55,094 bases of DNA from Thermoflexia bacterium (GCA_011192175.1 DUEJ01000012.1:1-55094); one strand, 5' to 3'. Shown: positions 27,333 through 36,653, counted from the stretch's first letter. Notes: a model not told the origin generated them from the sequence alone. Numbers and translations: made by a program.

Positions 27333-28139
27333 TCAGACTTCTTCTCCGAAGCGGCCCCGGAAGCGCAGGAAGAACCAATAGCCGCAGATCAGCACCAGCA
27401 ATGAGGTCACGGCAGTGCGAGCGAGAAAATCTAGCGCAGTGGGCGTGCCGCGATAGATGAGGTCTTGGTAGGTGTTGATGATGGAGGCCATCGGGTTGAA
27501 CCAGAAGAGAAGCCGTCGAGGGTTAAAGGCGAATCCCAGGAGATGAGCTTGGTCTGGGAATTGACTCATGGGATAGAAGATAGGGGTGAGGAAGAACCAA
27601 GCCAGAATGCCCACGTCCATCAACATGTGAGTGTCCCGGTAGAAGACTTCTAGCGTACAGAGAACTAAGACAATGCCGAGAGAGAAAATGGTCTGGATGA
27701 GGATAGGCACCGGCAGCAGCAAAACCCAGCTGTTGAGGTGGGCGCCGGAGATTATCGCCAGGATGAAGAGTACGGGCAGGGAGATGAGATAGTTTACCAG
27801 GTTAGAAAGGACGGTAGCTATGGGCAGCACCTCGCGGGGGAAATAGACCTTCTTGATCAGATGTCCGTTGCCGACAATGCTTTGAATACCGCCCATCACC
27901 GCGCCGGAAAAGTAGTTCCACGGTAAGACCGCACTGAGGACCAGGATATGGTAATTAGGGATGGCGGCATTCTGCATCACGTTGAAGACGAAAGAGAAAA
28001 CCAACATCATCAGCAGAGGATTAAGCCACGACCAGACAATACCTAAAAGCGAGCTTCTATAGCGCACCTTGAGGTCTCGGATGACCAGATTATAGATTAG
28101 TTCACGTGCGCCCCAGAGTTCTTGCAATGCTTTAATCAT
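27333..28139 (-). CDS. ABC-2 type exporter permease (Wzm/TagG-like)
   Basis: 268 aa with 6 TM. The N-terminal RELIYNLVIRDLKVRYRSSLLGIVWSWLNPLL is the ABC-2 polysaccharide/teichoic-acid exporter signature. Confidence 0.8.
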   Translation of the reverse strand: MIKALQELWGARELIYNLVIRDLKVRYRSSLLGIVWSWLNPLLMMLVFSFVFNVMQNAAIPNYHILVLSAVLPWNYFSGAVMGGIQSIVGNGHLIKKVYFPREVLPIATVLSNLVNYLISLPVLFILAIISGAHLNSWVLLLPVPILIQTIFSLGIVLVLCTLEVFYRDTHMLMDVGILAWFFLTPIFYPMSQFPDQAHLLGFAFNPRRLLFWFNPMASIINTYQDLIYRGTPTALDFLARTAVTSLLVLICGYWFFLRFRGRFGEEV

Positions 28140-28268
28140 CTTTTTTCCTCAACTTTGGTTCCACTGAAAAAGTTAGTTCCAGCCACAAGTAAAAATCTGA
28201 TGGCTGCCAGACGTAGATTCCCGCAGGTAGTCACTGATTTATCATTTCTAATCTGCATTTATGATTTC

Positions 28269-28361
28269 ACTGAAAAAAGATAGCTCCCCGCAAAGACGCT
28301 AAGAAAAAATTAAGTTCTAAAATCTTCGCGCCTTCGTGGTGAAACACTTGGTTTTTTCAGT
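28269..28361. repeat. MITE-like interspersed element family A, copy A1
   Basis: ACTGAAAAAAGATAGCTCCCCGCAAAGACGCTAAG...AATCTTCGCGCCTTCGTGGTGAAACACTTGGTTTTTTCAGT. The terminal inverted repeats are ACTGAAAAAA and TTTTTTCAGT. Confidence 0.8.
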
Positions 28362-28365
28362 AGGC

Positions 28366-29340
28366 TCATTTATCTGCGTACTTCTTTCCAGTAAGATCCA
28401 CTTTTTCTAATTCGATTTTACGTAAACGATAGAGGATCTTTTCCAAGATTTTGCGGTTGAAGCCAATCAGATCAGCTAACAATCCAATTAAGCAGGTCTG
28501 AAGACCCATGATCAACAACACGGCCATCAAGATAAGCGACTGGACGTGTCCCATGCCCCCGGTGGTGAAATAGTAGTAGAGGAAGCGCGCCCCGATGCCC
28601 AAGCCGGCTACTGAGAATGCTCCGCCTAGCAGGAGAAATATCCGCAAGGGGCGGTACATCGTGTAAGCGCGGAGAATGGTGGAACCGGAGCTGGTTATGA
28701 AGTGGGGGATATTTCTCATCAGTCGGGAAGGCCGGGTTTGCGGGTTAACGCGGATAGGGACGTAGCTCACGGCCAGCTGGCGCGCCCCGGCTTGGATGAG
28801 CGTCTCTAGCGTGTAGGAGTAATTGCTCAGCACCAGCGTCTGCAAGGCGGCGTCACGGCTCAGGGCGCGGAAGCCGCTGGTCGCGTCGGAAATAGAGACG
28901 CCGGCAGCCAAGCTGACGACCCAACTACCCAGCCGTTGGAGGGTCCGCTTGAGCGGGGAGAAATAGGGATGCGTACTCATGCCGCGATCCCCGATCACAA
29001 TATCGGCGGTACCGGCCAGGAGCGGCGCCACCAGGCGCGGGATGTCCGCGCCCTGGTATTGATTGTCGGCGTCGGTGTTGACGATGATATCGGCGCCGGC
29101 CAGCAACGCGGCTTGCAAGCCATCGATGAACGCACTAGCCAGTCCCTGGTTGCGCGTATGGCGGACGATATGTTGCACGCCCAGTTCTTGCGCGATGGCG
29201 ATTGTCTTATCGGTACTGCCGTCATCAATGATGAGGTATTCGATCACGTCCACGCCGGGAATTTCACGTGGCAACTCGGCCACCGTCTCCGGCAGCGTCT
29301 CTTCCTCATTGTAACAGGGCAGCTGGATAATTAGTTTCAC
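28366..29340 (-). CDS. Family 2 glycosyltransferase with C-terminal TM segments (polyprenol-phosphate GT-like)
   Basis: It starts [15 protein letters not shown], then has [10 protein letters not shown] and NTDADNQY (the DXD region). Two C-terminal hydrophobic helices are present. Confidence 0.85.
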   Translation of the reverse strand: MKLIIQLPCYNEEETLPETVAELPREIPGVDVIEYLIIDDGSTDKTIAIAQELGVQHIVRHTRNQGLASAFIDGLQAALLAGADIIVNTDADNQYQGADIPRLVAPLLAGTADIVIGDRGMSTHPYFSPLKRTLQRLGSWVVSLAAGVSISDATSGFRALSRDAALQTLVLSNYSYTLETLIQAGARQLAVSYVPIRVNPQTRPSRLMRNIPHFITSSGSTILRAYTMYRPLRIFLLLGGAFSVAGLGIGARFLYYYFTTGGMGHVQSLILMAVLLIMGLQTCLIGLLADLIGFNRKILEKILYRLRKIELEKVDLTGKKYADK

Positions 29341-29347
29341 GCGGGTG

Positions 29348-29375
29348 ATTATAGCATTTCGAGGGCAGAAGACAA
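29348..29375 (-). promoter_or_regulatory. Candidate promoter giving a leaderless or near-leaderless GT2 mRNA
   Basis: The minus strand reads TTGTCT-16 nt-TATAAT-CACCCGC-GTG (the start codon). No SD sequence is present. Confidence 0.45.
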
Positions 29376-29404
29376 TGAATACCCATCGGCGTGGTGATGT
29401 TATT

Positions 29405-29503
29405 AGACCTCCGAGGTCTCTGGTAGCTTGCCTAACTGCAAACCAACGTCTTATTTGCGGTAAATTTCTTTCGGGCTAAGGTCGTAGCAGACCTCGGAGG
29501 TCT
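29405..29503. repeat. Interspersed element family F, copy 2 (15-bp inverted termini)
   Basis: AGACCTCCGAGGTCT (29405-29419) and AGACCTCGGAGGTCT (29489-29503) are reverse complements. The interior matches 24240-24293. Confidence 0.8.
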
Positions 29504-29517
29504 ATCCCCAAAATTTT

Positions 29518-29545
29518 TTGACCCTACTCCGAGCAATGTTATAAT
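29518..29545 (+). promoter_or_regulatory. Sigma-70-type promoter for por/nifJ
   Basis: TTGACC-16 nt-(TGT)TATAAT with an extended -10 element. It lies 71 nt upstream of the ATG. Confidence 0.55.
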
Positions 29546-29616
29546 CAGCGGTCAGAAATGTTTTTCTCAAATTAGAAAGTGTATTTTTATCCACCTATTT
29601 AGGAGGTTTTTATATC

Positions 29617-32600
29617 ATGACTAAAAGAAAAATGGTCACGATAGATGGCAATACCGCGGTGGCGTATGTCGCCCACAAGCTCAACGAGGTAATTGCTATC
29701 TACCCTATTACGCCCGCCAGCCCGGTGGGACAGTTGGCCGACAAATACTCGGCGGACGGGGAGACCAACATCTGGGGAACCATCCCTCAGGTTATTGAGA
29801 TGCAGGCTGAGGGTGGCGCGGCGGGTACCGTCCACGGCGCGTTGCAAACCGGCGCGTTGACGACGACCTTCACCGCGTCACAGGGGTTGCTCTTGATGGT
29901 GCCCAATCTTTACAAAATCGCCGGTGAACTGACTCCGGCGGTGCTCCACATTGCCGCCCGCAGTCTGGCCGCTCCCGCGCTCTCCATCTTCGCCGATCAC
30001 GGGGATGTGATGGCCACGCGCGCTACCGGTTTCGCGTTGCTCTCCAGCGCCTCCGTCCAAGAGACGATGGACTTCGCGCTGATCTCTCAGGCGGCCACGT
30101 TGAAAGCGCGGGTGCCCTTCCTTCACTTCTACGACGGTTTCCGCACCAGCCACGAGATCAACAAGGTTGAGCAACTGACCAAAGATGATATGCGCGCGAT
30201 GATTGACGATGAGTTGGTGCTGGCGCACCGCGCCCGCGGACTGAATCCGGATAGACCGGTGATCCGCGGTACCTCGCAAGGACCGGATGTGTACTTCCAG
30301 GGACGCGAGGTCACCAATCCCTACTACGACAAGACGCCTGCGATTGTCCAAGAATATATGGAGCGCTTCGCCGCGCTCACTGGCCGCGAGTACCAGCTCT
30401 TCGATTACGTCGGTGCTCCCGATGCCGAGCGCGTGATGGTGATAATGGGTTCTGGCGCCGAGGTGGCGCACGAGACCACCGAGTACTTGGCTGCTCAGGG
30501 TGAGAAAGTGGGCTTGATCAAGATTCGGCTCTACCGCCCCTTCAGCACGGCGGATTTCCTCAAGGCGATGCCGGAAACAGCCCAGATCGTAGCTGCATTG
30601 GACCGCACCAAGGAGCCAGGCAGCGTGGGCGAACCGCTCTTCCAGGATTGCGCGACAGTGCTGGCCGAGGCGGGCCGCCAGGTCAAGGTTATCGGTGGAC
30701 GTTACGGGCTTTCTAGCAAAGAGTTCACCCCGGCGATGGTCAAGGGTGTCTTCGATGAGATGACGAAAGCTGCTCCTAAGCCGCGCTTCACCGTGGGCAT
30801 TGAGGATGACGTCACTCATCTGAGCCTGGAATATGATAAATCCTTTAACATCGAGGCAGATGACGTGGTACGCGCGCTCTTCTACGGGTTGGGTTCCGAT
30901 GGTACCGTGGGTGCGAATAAGAACTCCATCAAGATCATCGGCGGCGGCACCGACAACTACGCGCAAGGTTATTTCCAATACGATGCTAAGAAATCTGGCT
31001 CAGTTACCGTTTCCCACTTACGCTTCGGCCCCCGCCCCATCCGCCAGACTTGTTTGGTAAACTTCGCCAACTTCGTAGGCTGCCACCAATTTAATTTTCT
31101 AGAAAAATTTGAGGTGTTAGGGGGAGCCGAAAAAGGCGCGATTTTCTTGCTCAACGCTCATTACTCCGCCGCTGAAGTCTGGGAGAAGTTACCCCGCAAG
31201 GTGCAGGCGGAGATTGTCAAGAAAGAGCTCCGGTTCTACGTGATTGATGCTTATAAAGTTTCCAAAGAGTTGGGGCTGGGCGTGCGCATTAACACTATCA
31301 TGCAGACCTGTTTCTTCGCGCTCTCCGGCGTGTTGCCCAGAGATGAAGCCATTGCGCACATCAAGCAAGCGATCAAGAAGAGTTACGGTAGCAAGGGTGA
31401 GAAAGTGGTGCAGATGAACTACGCCGCTGTTGATCACGCGCTGGAAAATCTGGCCCAGGTGAAATATCCCGCCGCAGTTACCAGTAAGATCGAGCTGCCG
31501 CCCGTGGTGCCGGTAGAGGCGCCAGAGTTTGTCCAAGAGGTGACAGCGGAGATGATCGCGCGCCGGGGCAACGAGATTCCCGTCTCCAAGATGCCGGTCG
31601 ATGGCACTTTCCCCGTGGGCACCACGCAATGGGAAAAGCGCAATGTCGCGCAGGAAATCCCCCTTTGGAATGCGGCCAGTTGTATCCAGTGTGGTAAATG
31701 TGTGATGGCTTGCCCGCACGCCGCGATCCGCATGAAGGTCTACGACGGAGAATTGTTGGCTGAAGCACCTGAAGGCTTCCGTTCCGTTGACGCGAAAGGC
31801 CGATCATTCAAGGGAGAGCAGTTCACCGTCCAGGTGGCTCCCGAAGATTGCCAGGGTTGTGCTCTCTGTGTGGAGGTTTGCCCGATGAAGGATAAAGAGC
31901 AACCGGCGCTTCGCATGGTTCCGCAGCCACCGCTCCGCGAGAGCGAGCGCGAGTCCTATAATTTTTTCAAGGAGTTGCCGTACTACGACCGCACCAAGTT
32001 GAACCTCAAACTGGTCAAGGATTCCCAGTTGCTGCAACCGCTCTTCGAGTTCTCCGGCGCTTGCGCCGGCTGTGGTGAGGCGCCTTACATCAAGCTGCTC
32101 ACGCAGCTCTTCGGCGACCGCGCCGTGATTGCCAACGCCACCGGTTGTACCTCCATTTACGGCGGTTACATGCCGAGCACGCCCTACACCACCAACGCCC
32201 AGGGACAAGGCCCGGCCTGGAACAACAGTCTCTTCGAGGATAACGCGGAGTTCGGGATGGGTTTCCGCATGACGCTTAGTAAGCAAGAAGAGTATGCCCG
32301 CGAGTTGCTCGGAGAGTTGCGCGCGGAGTTAGGCGCAGAGCTGACTGACGCGCTGCTCAAGGCCCAGATGGTCACGGAGAGTGATTACGCGGCGCAACGC
32401 GCCCGCGTGGCGCTGCTCAAAGAACGGCTGGCGGAGTTGGATTTACCTGCCGCGAAGCAGTTACTGAGTGTCAGTGATGCTCTGGTCCGCCGCTCCGTCT
32501 GGATTGTCGGCGGCGATGGTTGGTCCTACGATATCGGGTACGGCGGCCTGGATCACGTCTTGGCGCAGGGGCGCGATCTCAACGTCCTCGTCTTGGACAC

Positions 32601-33156
32601 CCAGGTCTACTCCAACACCGGCGGGCAGATGTCCAAGGCGACGCCGCGTGGCGCGGTAGCGCAATTCGCCGCGGCTGGTCGTCCATTACCCAAGAAGGAT
32701 TTGGGGATGATTGCCATGACTTACGGCAACATCTACGTCGCGCAGGTAGCGATGGGCGCCAATGATCGACAGACGCTCCAAGCATTCCGCGAGGCCGAAT
32801 CCTACGAGGGCGCGAGTCTCATTATCGCTTACAGCCACTGTATTTCCCACGGTCTGGATATGAAGAAGGGCTTTGACCAGCAGGATAAAGCGGTGAAGTC
32901 CGGCGCTTGGCCGCTCTACCGTTACGACCCGCGGCGCACCGTTAAGGGACTCAACCCGCTGCAACTCGATTATAAAGAGCCTGTGTTGCCCATCGAGGAG
33001 TACATGTACAACGAGGTACGCTTCCGCACGCTGACAGAGTCCCTGCCCGAACGGGCGGCGGAACTCTTGAAGCTGGCGCAGAAAGACGCCGCTGCTCGTT
33101 GGCAGCAGTACAAGCAGTTGGCCGCCATGGATTATAGCTGGGCGAAAGAAGAGTAG
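29617..33156 (+). CDS. nifJ: Pyruvate:ferredoxin (flavodoxin) oxidoreductase, single-polypeptide type
   Basis: 1179 aa. It has two 4Fe-4S ferredoxin motifs (CIQCGKCVMACP, CQGCALCVEVCP), the TPP-binding region GGDGWSYDIGYGGLDH and the N-terminal TIDGNTAVAYVAH. Confidence 0.95.
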   Translation: MTKRKMVTIDGNTAVAYVAHKLNEVIAIYPITPASPVGQLADKYSADGETNIWGTIPQVIEMQAEGGAAGTVHGALQTGALTTTFTASQGLLLMVPNLYKIAGELTPAVLHIAARSLAAPALSIFADHGDVMATRATGFALLSSASVQETMDFALISQAATLKARVPFLHFYDGFRTSHEINKVEQLTKDDMRAMIDDELVLAHRARGLNPDRPVIRGTSQGPDVYFQGREVTNPYYDKTPAIVQEYMERFAALTGREYQLFDYVGAPDAERVMVIMGSGAEVAHETTEYLAAQGEKVGLIKIRLYRPFSTADFLKAMPETAQIVAALDRTKEPGSVGEPLFQDCATVLAEAGRQVKVIGGRYGLSSKEFTPAMVKGVFDEMTKAAPKPRFTVGIEDDVTHLSLEYDKSFNIEADDVVRALFYGLGSDGTVGANKNSIKIIGGGTDNYAQGYFQYDAKKSGSVTVSHLRFGPRPIRQTCLVNFANFVGCHQFNFLEKFEVLGGAEKGAIFLLNAHYSAAEVWEKLPRKVQAEIVKKELRFYVIDAYKVSKELGLGVRINTIMQTCFFALSGVLPRDEAIAHIKQAIKKSYGSKGEKVVQMNYAAVDHALENLAQVKYPAAVTSKIELPPVVPVEAPEFVQEVTAEMIARRGNEIPVSKMPVDGTFPVGTTQWEKRNVAQEIPLWNAASCIQCGKCVMACPHAAIRMKVYDGELLAEAPEGFRSVDAKGRSFKGEQFTVQVAPEDCQGCALCVEVCPMKDKEQPALRMVPQPPLRESERESYNFFKELPYYDRTKLNLKLVKDSQLLQPLFEFSGACAGCGEAPYIKLLTQLFGDRAVIANATGCTSIYGGYMPSTPYTTNAQGQGPAWNNSLFEDNAEFGMGFRMTLSKQEEYARELLGELRAELGAELTDALLKAQMVTESDYAAQRARVALLKERLAELDLPAAKQLLSVSDALVRRSVWIVGGDGWSYDIGYGGLDHVLAQGRDLNVLVLDTQVYSNTGGQMSKATPRGAVAQFAAAGRPLPKKDLGMIAMTYGNIYVAQVAMGANDRQTLQAFREAESYEGASLIIAYSHCISHGLDMKKGFDQQDKAVKSGAWPLYRYDPRRTVKGLNPLQLDYKEPVLPIEEYMYNEVRFRTLTESLPERAAELLKLAQKDAAARWQQYKQLAAMDYSWAKEE

Positions 33157-33183
33157 GCGTCGCTGAGCTGCGTTAAATATGTT

Positions 33184-33217
33184 GCCCGCCGGGTTGAAAA
33201 ACTCGGCGGGCTTTTTA
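33184..33217 (+). terminator. Rho-independent terminator after nifJ
   Basis: GCCCGCCG-GGTTGAAAAACT-CGGCGGGC followed by TTTTT. Confidence 0.65.
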
Positions 33218-33350
33218 TTACTCCCCGCAACCAACGCCCGTGGCCAAAGACCAGGGGCTAGCCGGCACTCACCCGGCGACTAAAGTTAGTAGACACTTCA
33301 GTGCTGCAAAGCACAGCGATAAATCGCCTACTACAAGCCACAGTAAGTGA

Positions 33351-33493
33351 GACTCACCCTTGCCCATTCGCTTTCTCGCCTCCTCGCTTACTTGCTAATT
33401 TATTTTCCACTGGTCTGATATACTGCAGACTCACCCTTGCCCATTCGCTTTCTCGCCTCCTCGCTTACTCGCTTTCTCGCTTTCTCACTCGCC
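33351..33493 (+). repeat. Family B octamer repeats within a 42-nt direct duplication
   Basis: GACTCACCCTTGCCCATTCGCTTTCTCGCCTCCTCGCTTACT occurs at 33351-33392 and again at 33428-33469. The second copy continues as CGCT TTCTCGCT TTCTCACT CGCC. Confidence 0.85.
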
Positions 33494-33541
33494 TGACGAC
33501 TGAGATCGTAGTTACGGTAATGATTTGCACATTTGCCCCGT

Positions 33542-33569
33542 TTGTCAGTCCACTCAGTTGTGCTATTAT
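33542..33569 (+). promoter_or_regulatory. Candidate promoter for the ECF transporter operon
   Basis: TTGTCA-16 nt-TATTAT, which leaves a leader of about 35 nt containing AGGAGG. Confidence 0.45.
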
Positions 33570-33604
33570 GATTTCGCTAACCGCTAATCCATAGGAGGTT
33601 TCTT

Positions 33605-34120
33605 ATGTCCAAACCTGTTGATATCCGCCGGATTACTCTTACATCTCTAATGTCCGCCTTGATCTTTGTCTTGACGCGCACGCAGTTGAGCGTTACGCCC
33701 ACGGGCGGCTATATCCACCTGGGCGACGCGGGGATCATCTTCGCCTCGCTGGCTTTTGGCCCCGGGGTGGGGCTGGTCGCCGGCGGCTTGGGAACGGCGC
33801 TGGCCGATATTACCAGCGGTTATGCGCAATGGGCTATCTTCTCACTGTTGGTGCATGGAGCGCAAGGTGGGGCGGTGGGGCAGCTCTTCGATGAGCAACG
33901 CAGGCTACTCTCCACCATCCTGGTCAGCGCCATTTCTATCGCGATCGTGGTGGGCGGATATTTCGTCGCCGGCACGATCTTAGAGGGCAGCGCCATCGCT
34001 CTTGGTTCGTTATTGCCCAATACCTTGCAGGCTCTGGGTGGTTCACTGCTGGGCATTCCGCTCTATTTTGCGGTGCAGCGCGCTTACCCCCCGCTGCGAC
34101 GTTATCATCAAGTTAGATAG
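33605..34120 (+). CDS. ECF transporter substrate-specific (S) component, substrate unknown
   Basis: 171 aa with about 5-6 TM. Its position immediately upstream of ecfA-ecfA'-ecfT genes supports the call. RBS AGGAGG lies upstream. Confidence 0.65.
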   Translation: MSKPVDIRRITLTSLMSALIFVLTRTQLSVTPTGGYIHLGDAGIIFASLAFGPGVGLVAGGLGTALADITSGYAQWAIFSLLVHGAQGGAVGQLFDEQRRLLSTILVSAISIAIVVGGYFVAGTILEGSAIALGSLLPNTLQALGGSLLGIPLYFAVQRAYPPLRRYHQVR

Positions 34121-34182
34121 GTTGTGGGGGTTAGACCAGACGGAGGAGGGAACCCCCTCCTCCGTTTTTCTTTGTGAGGTAT

Positions 34183-35667
34183 ATGGATAAAAAAACGATC
34201 AGCGTTGAACAGTTGACCTTTGCTTATCCGCCGTTGGTTGTTGGAGGAACGCCGGAGCCGCTTTTCCACGGGCTCGAGCTGACCGTCGCTGCCGGCCAGT
34301 CGTTGGCAGTGGTGGGACGGAGCGGCAGCGGCAAGAGCACGCTCACGCACATCTTAGCCGGCTTGGCGCCGCGTTATACCGGCGGCGAGCTGACCGGCGA
34401 AGTGCGGATTGGGGGGCGTGATCTGGCGGCGGAGCCGCCTGCTCCCACTGCAGTAGGGGTGCTCTTCCAGGACGCGGCGACCCAGCTCTTCACCTCGGCG
34501 GTGGAAGATGAGGTGGCCTGGGGCTTGGAGGCATTGGGGACGGCTCCCACAGAGATCGGCCCGGTGGTGATGGACGCGCTGCGCAAATTTGGGCTGTTGG
34601 AAGTGAGCAAACGTCCCCCCTGGGCGCTCTCCGGCGGCCAACAGAAGCGGTTGGCGTTGGCTTCGCTCTGGGCTTTGCGCCCTCGGGTTTGGCTGTTGGA
34701 TGAACCATTAGGGGGCTTAGATCCAGCTGGGCGCGTGGAGGTATTGGCCGCGCTGACGCAGTTACGCCAGGAGGGCGTTACGCAACTCTTCACCACGGCG
34801 CGGGTGACGCGCGGCAGCTGGGAGGATAGCGCCGCGCTCCTGACCGGGGGCGCGTTGACGGCGCCGGCCACGTGGGACTCCCTCCACGCGCAGCACGCGC
34901 GGTTGGTTGCGGCCGGACTACTTTGTCCGGCCGCTAGTTGGGCGCGCCTGGAGCGGAGCGCGCGCGCGCCTGGCTCCAGGCTGGCGCTCGAGGCGCGCCA
35001 TTTGCGCTACGCCTACCCTGATGGCCCGGCGGTGCTGCACGGCCTTGATCTGCGCATCCCCCAGGGGCAGTTTGTCGCCGTGATTGGCCCAAACGGGGCC
35101 GGAAAGAGCACGCTGATCAGACATTTTAATGGGCTGTTGCGCCCGACTTCCGGTTCTTTGCAGGTTATGGAGAGAAAGAGCCGGGGCCTTTCGGTGGGCG
35201 AACTGGCGCGTCAGGTGGGCTTTCTCTTCCAGCGGCCCGAACAACAGCTCTTCGCCACAACGGTGCGCGAGGAACTAGCCTACGGCGTCCGGCAACTGCG
35301 GCTGTCCAACGTTGAGAAGCGGGTGGAGCGCAGTCTGGCGCGTTTTGGGTTGAGCGAAATCGCCGGCCGCCCCCCGGCGATCCTGAGCTACGGGAGCCAA
35401 CGCGCGGTCACGTTAGCCGCGCTCGCTGCGTTGGAGACTCCTATCCTGGTCTTGGACGAGCCAACGGTGGGGCTGGACGGTCGCGGTTGGGCACAGCTCT
35501 TGGAGTGGGTCGCCGAACGGCGCGCCGCTGGGACGACCATCATCGTGGTCACGCATGAGCTGGCGTTGGCCGCGCGCGCCGATCGCGTCTTGGCGTTGCG
35601 CGCCGGGCGCATCGCGGCGGACGGCCCGCCGGACGCGGTGCTCTCACAGTTCGTCGGGGAGGAGTAA
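34183..35667 (+). CDS. ecfA: ECF transporter ATPase, fused EcfA-EcfA' (two ABC domains)
   Basis: Two Walker A motifs (GRSGSGKST, GPNGAGKST), signature motifs LSGGQQKRL and LSYGSQRAV, and Walker B motifs LLDEP and VLDEP. An alternative GTG start exists at 34174. Confidence 0.85.
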   Translation: MDKKTISVEQLTFAYPPLVVGGTPEPLFHGLELTVAAGQSLAVVGRSGSGKSTLTHILAGLAPRYTGGELTGEVRIGGRDLAAEPPAPTAVGVLFQDAATQLFTSAVEDEVAWGLEALGTAPTEIGPVVMDALRKFGLLEVSKRPPWALSGGQQKRLALASLWALRPRVWLLDEPLGGLDPAGRVEVLAALTQLRQEGVTQLFTTARVTRGSWEDSAALLTGGALTAPATWDSLHAQHARLVAAGLLCPAASWARLERSARAPGSRLALEARHLRYAYPDGPAVLHGLDLRIPQGQFVAVIGPNGAGKSTLIRHFNGLLRPTSGSLQVMERKSRGLSVGELARQVGFLFQRPEQQLFATTVREELAYGVRQLRLSNVEKRVERSLARFGLSEIAGRPPAILSYGSQRAVTLAALAALETPILVLDEPTVGLDGRGWAQLLEWVAERRAAGTTIIVVTHELALAARADRVLALRAGRIAADGPPDAVLSQFVGEE

Positions 35668-35668
35668 G

Positions 35669-36436
35669 ATGGGACTGGTACTTGATCTCTACCGGCCCGG
35701 CCGCTCCTGGTTGCACCGCCTAGATCCCCGCGTCAAGTTGTGGGGAGTAGCTCTGGGACTCATACTCGCCTTTCTCCTCCCTTCGGCTGCGGCGCAGGCG
35801 CTGCTCCTGCTGGCGGTGCTCCTCTTGTTGCGCAGCAACGGCATCAAATGGGACGCGCTGCGCTGGCTCTGGCGGCAGATACGCTTCCTCTTCCTCCTGA
35901 TTTTATGCTTGCAACCCTTCTTCACGTCGGCTGGGGAAACCCTCTTCGCTCTCGGCCCGTTGCGGCTCACCCTAGGCGGCGCAACTCACGCTCTGGGGTT
36001 AGCCTTGCGGGTACTCTCCATGTCGTTCATCACCGGGGGGTTTCTCTTCACCACCGAACAGCGCCAGCTGGTACGCGCCTTTGTCCGCCTGGGTTTTCCC
36101 TACCCCTGGGGCTTGACCCTTAGCCTCACGTTGCGCTTTCTCCCCGCCATCAGTAGTCTTTTTGGGACAGTGCGCGAAGCCCAAGCCGCGCGTGGTTGGG
36201 TGGCCGAGGGGAACATTTTCCGTCGGGCGCGGGAATATCTGCCGGTTCTGATTGCTGTCACCATCGGCGCCCTGCGGATGGGGGATCAACTGACGTTGGC
36301 ATTGGCTGCGCGCGGCTTGGGGACGGCCGCAGAGCGCACGACTTGGCGTGATATCGAAATGCGCCCGGCCGATTGGCGCGCCCTGGTCGGCATGAGCGCG
36401 GCGTTTTTGGTGGTGGCGGCGGTGAATGCAGGATAG
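35669..36436 (+). CDS. ecfT: ECF transporter transmembrane (T) component
   Basis: It starts at the ATG 1 nt after the ecfA stop, preceded by GGGGAGGA. The CbiQ/EcfT pattern includes SWLHRLDPRVKL and the ARG-containing coupling helices (AQAARGW, ALAARGL). Confidence 0.8.
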   Translation: MGLVLDLYRPGRSWLHRLDPRVKLWGVALGLILAFLLPSAAAQALLLLAVLLLLRSNGIKWDALRWLWRQIRFLFLLILCLQPFFTSAGETLFALGPLRLTLGGATHALGLALRVLSMSFITGGFLFTTEQRQLVRAFVRLGFPYPWGLTLSLTLRFLPAISSLFGTVREAQAARGWVAEGNIFRRAREYLPVLIAVTIGALRMGDQLTLALAARGLGTAAERTTWRDIEMRPADWRALVGMSAAFLVVAAVNAG

Positions 36437-36437
36437 A

Positions 36438-36472
36438 GAATGGTGAATGGCAAATCAACAAATCGCAAATGG
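36438..36472. repeat. Solo CAAAT-type repeat block
   Basis: GAATGGTGAATGGCAAATCAACAAATCGCAAATGG has the same motif type as the blocks flanking the four-helix-bundle gene at 52583-52633 and 53081-53131. Confidence 0.6.
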
Positions 36473-36653
36473 TCTCTCCGCCGCCCTTGTCATTCCGAGC
36501 CAGAACAACGCGCCAGGCGCGGCGCTCGCCAGCGAGGAATCTTCCTCCTCCGCTTCAGAACCCCCGTTGATATAGTAGCTTCCCCGCTAGCCGCCCGCCC
36601 GTGGCTAAAGACCATGGGCTAAGTTGGCTAGCCCACTCAAGTGGGCTAGCAGT

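Noticed and set aside
33301-33594. 97-aa ORF in the nifJ-ECF spacer
   Set aside because: It is entirely composed of repeat modules (the duplicated 42-mer and octamer tracts). It also spans the predicted ECF promoter.
33570-33604. Riboswitch upstream of the ECF S-component gene
   Set aside because: The best promoter (33542-33569) leaves only about 35 nt of leader, which is too short for an aptamer. No known riboswitch core motifs were seen in 33494-33604.
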